From NCBI GenBank assembly GCA_050575255.1, contig JBNZDD010013683.1:1276191-1340190 (forward strand): a stretch of DNA of 64,000 bases, read 5' to 3'. The DNA comes from Harriotta raleighana. Taxonomy: Eukaryota. Under the pieces are notes generated by a model. That model did not search any database, was not told the origin of the DNA, and saw only the letters and a program-made list of their open reading frames with translations. Position numbers and translations under genes: made by a program. Within the stretch, counting starts at the first letter, position 1, and every line of letters begins with the position of its first letter. Shown in pieces: positions 62,393 to 64,000 of the stretch.

Positions 62393-64000
62393 TTCACTGT
62401 GGCCAGTTTGCTGTTGTACTTTTGCCCACAGATGTGGTCCCCACACTCTATCTATTCAGCACACCAGCTGCTAATGCAAATAGGGCTGATAACAATCTGC
62501 TTTTTTTTCCCCATTTGTTTTGAATTAAAACGCATTGGATTTTTGCTTTCTTATCAAATGAATAGTTTCTTTCTCTTCCTATTTCACAACCGATGCTCAC
62601 ATTCTACACATGATCAGATTGTTTTCATAGGTAAGCAATGGCATCCTTGCGTGTTTTTTTCGTGCAGATCATTTTCATGACTTGTCAATTACTTAATGAT
62701 CTGCAATTCCCTCTGCGGGCAAACATTTGCATGTAGTGGATGATATTTGCATGCATCAATTCACATGCAGTAACACGTGCATTTACACCTGGCACATAAT
62801 AAATCCCCGAATGTTCAAGTTGCAATACTTGATGCAAGAATAACTCACCCTGTATGTTTTAGTGGGACTGAAAGCACTCTACTTTGGAGAATTATAAATA
62901 TGTCACCTTCATTCTCCTAACACCAGGAGACAATCTCATGAGATTTGACGGCAAGGATTTATAGCACAAAGGTGATCCTTTTTTCCAACAGACGTGTAAG
63001 TTACAAATGCACAAGGCTATAGCACCACATTAGTCTTTTTGTCAGGTGTGCCATTAACCATTGACTCTCAATACATTCCACAATGAGATGATGGGACTGA
63101 AAGTTCCTTAAACCAAGAACTTCTTCAAAAAATAATGGCAAAGCTTCTCTTTGCCACTCAGGATATTCACCTTCCCTCTCTTTTACAGTCCTTTCAAGAG
63201 ATAGTGTCTCTACCTTTCAAGAAGAGTGGTGAAGGTCTCAAACATCTCAACTTATTTTCTCTTCTAATTTTAACTTAACTCTATTCTTACGATTAGGTGT
63301 CTGACGTTTTGAGAGACTTCGAGTTGCTGAAAAAACAATGTTAGTGTTGCTTAACGGAGTCGGAATTGCACTGTGGCAGACATTCCAGAGGTGATTGCTA
63401 TTTGTTTTTGCCTTCGTTCCTCTCCCACTGAATACATCATCCCACCCTTGAAGCGGTGGCCTCCTCACCTGGTCACAGGTCAGCGAGCTGTACTCAGCAG
63501 CCAGCTGCGCAGAGGGCACGACGTGTTTAGCCTGAGCCTAAAGTGACTTGTCGCACAAGGTCACACAAGCTTCTCTGTGACGGGCAGCTCTAAAACGTCA
63601 AATCATTTTGTCCTTAGTTCCACATCAATACATTATATTTGCAGGATAAGAATCATTAAACCAGATGAGTCCTCATGTCTCGAATAGGAGTGAAGTCTTT
63701 AAAAAAATTTTTTTACTGTACTTACCTTAAAGAAAGGAAAATTATTACAAAGACAGAGAGGGTATTATCAATGGCCAATACAAACAGACCTGGCATTATA
63801 AATTTTCCAGTCCAATTACATACAATTATATACTGTAATTACTTCTCGGATTCCAACAAAACGTGTGATTTTTCAAAAGCATAAATAAAAACAAACCTAT
63901 TATAACAGTTTGAATCCACTTGATTGTCTTCTGCAAATGAAGCCTCCTGTTTGTTGCTAATCTAGAACCGTCACTGAGAACTATTAATAGCCATTTACTC

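Noticed and set aside
1-64000. Known miRNA, snRNA or snoRNA genes
   Set aside because: A by-eye check for common conserved mature miRNAs gave only seed-length matches; an Rfam/miRBase search would be needed to exclude them properly

Overview
This is AT-rich eukaryotic (vertebrate) non-coding DNA, either a large intron or a gene desert. I recognise no host protein-coding exon, rRNA, true tRNA gene, CRISPR array or operon. The listed ORFs are chance ORFs or pieces of repeats. The window is dominated by retrotransposon debris: (1) about 30 copies or fragments of a tRNA(Ala)-like-headed SINE with a CORE-like block and an (ATT)n tail, in long and short forms; (2) older Deu-domain SINEs sharing the same 3' end; (3) L2-clade LINE 3' ends with two tail types; (4) CR1 fragments; (5) LF-SINE-like and other ancient SINE remnants. 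There is also one TA-flanked Tigger/pogo-type MITE carrying a CpG-rich minisatellite. The repeat set looks chondrichthyan, most like elephant shark (Callorhinchus milii); this is an inference from remembered consensus sequences, not a database result. Two near-perfect tandem duplications separated by a single N look like haplotype assembly artefacts. The most notable observations are a perfect 49-bp snap-back palindrome at a SINE 5' end, a young composite retroelement at 12.65-13.4 kb, a covarying 3' stem-loop shared by the SINE and two L2 tails, a degenerate hammerhead-like fold, several enhancer-like unique blocks and a few unverified small-exon candidates. I found no convincing new biological system.
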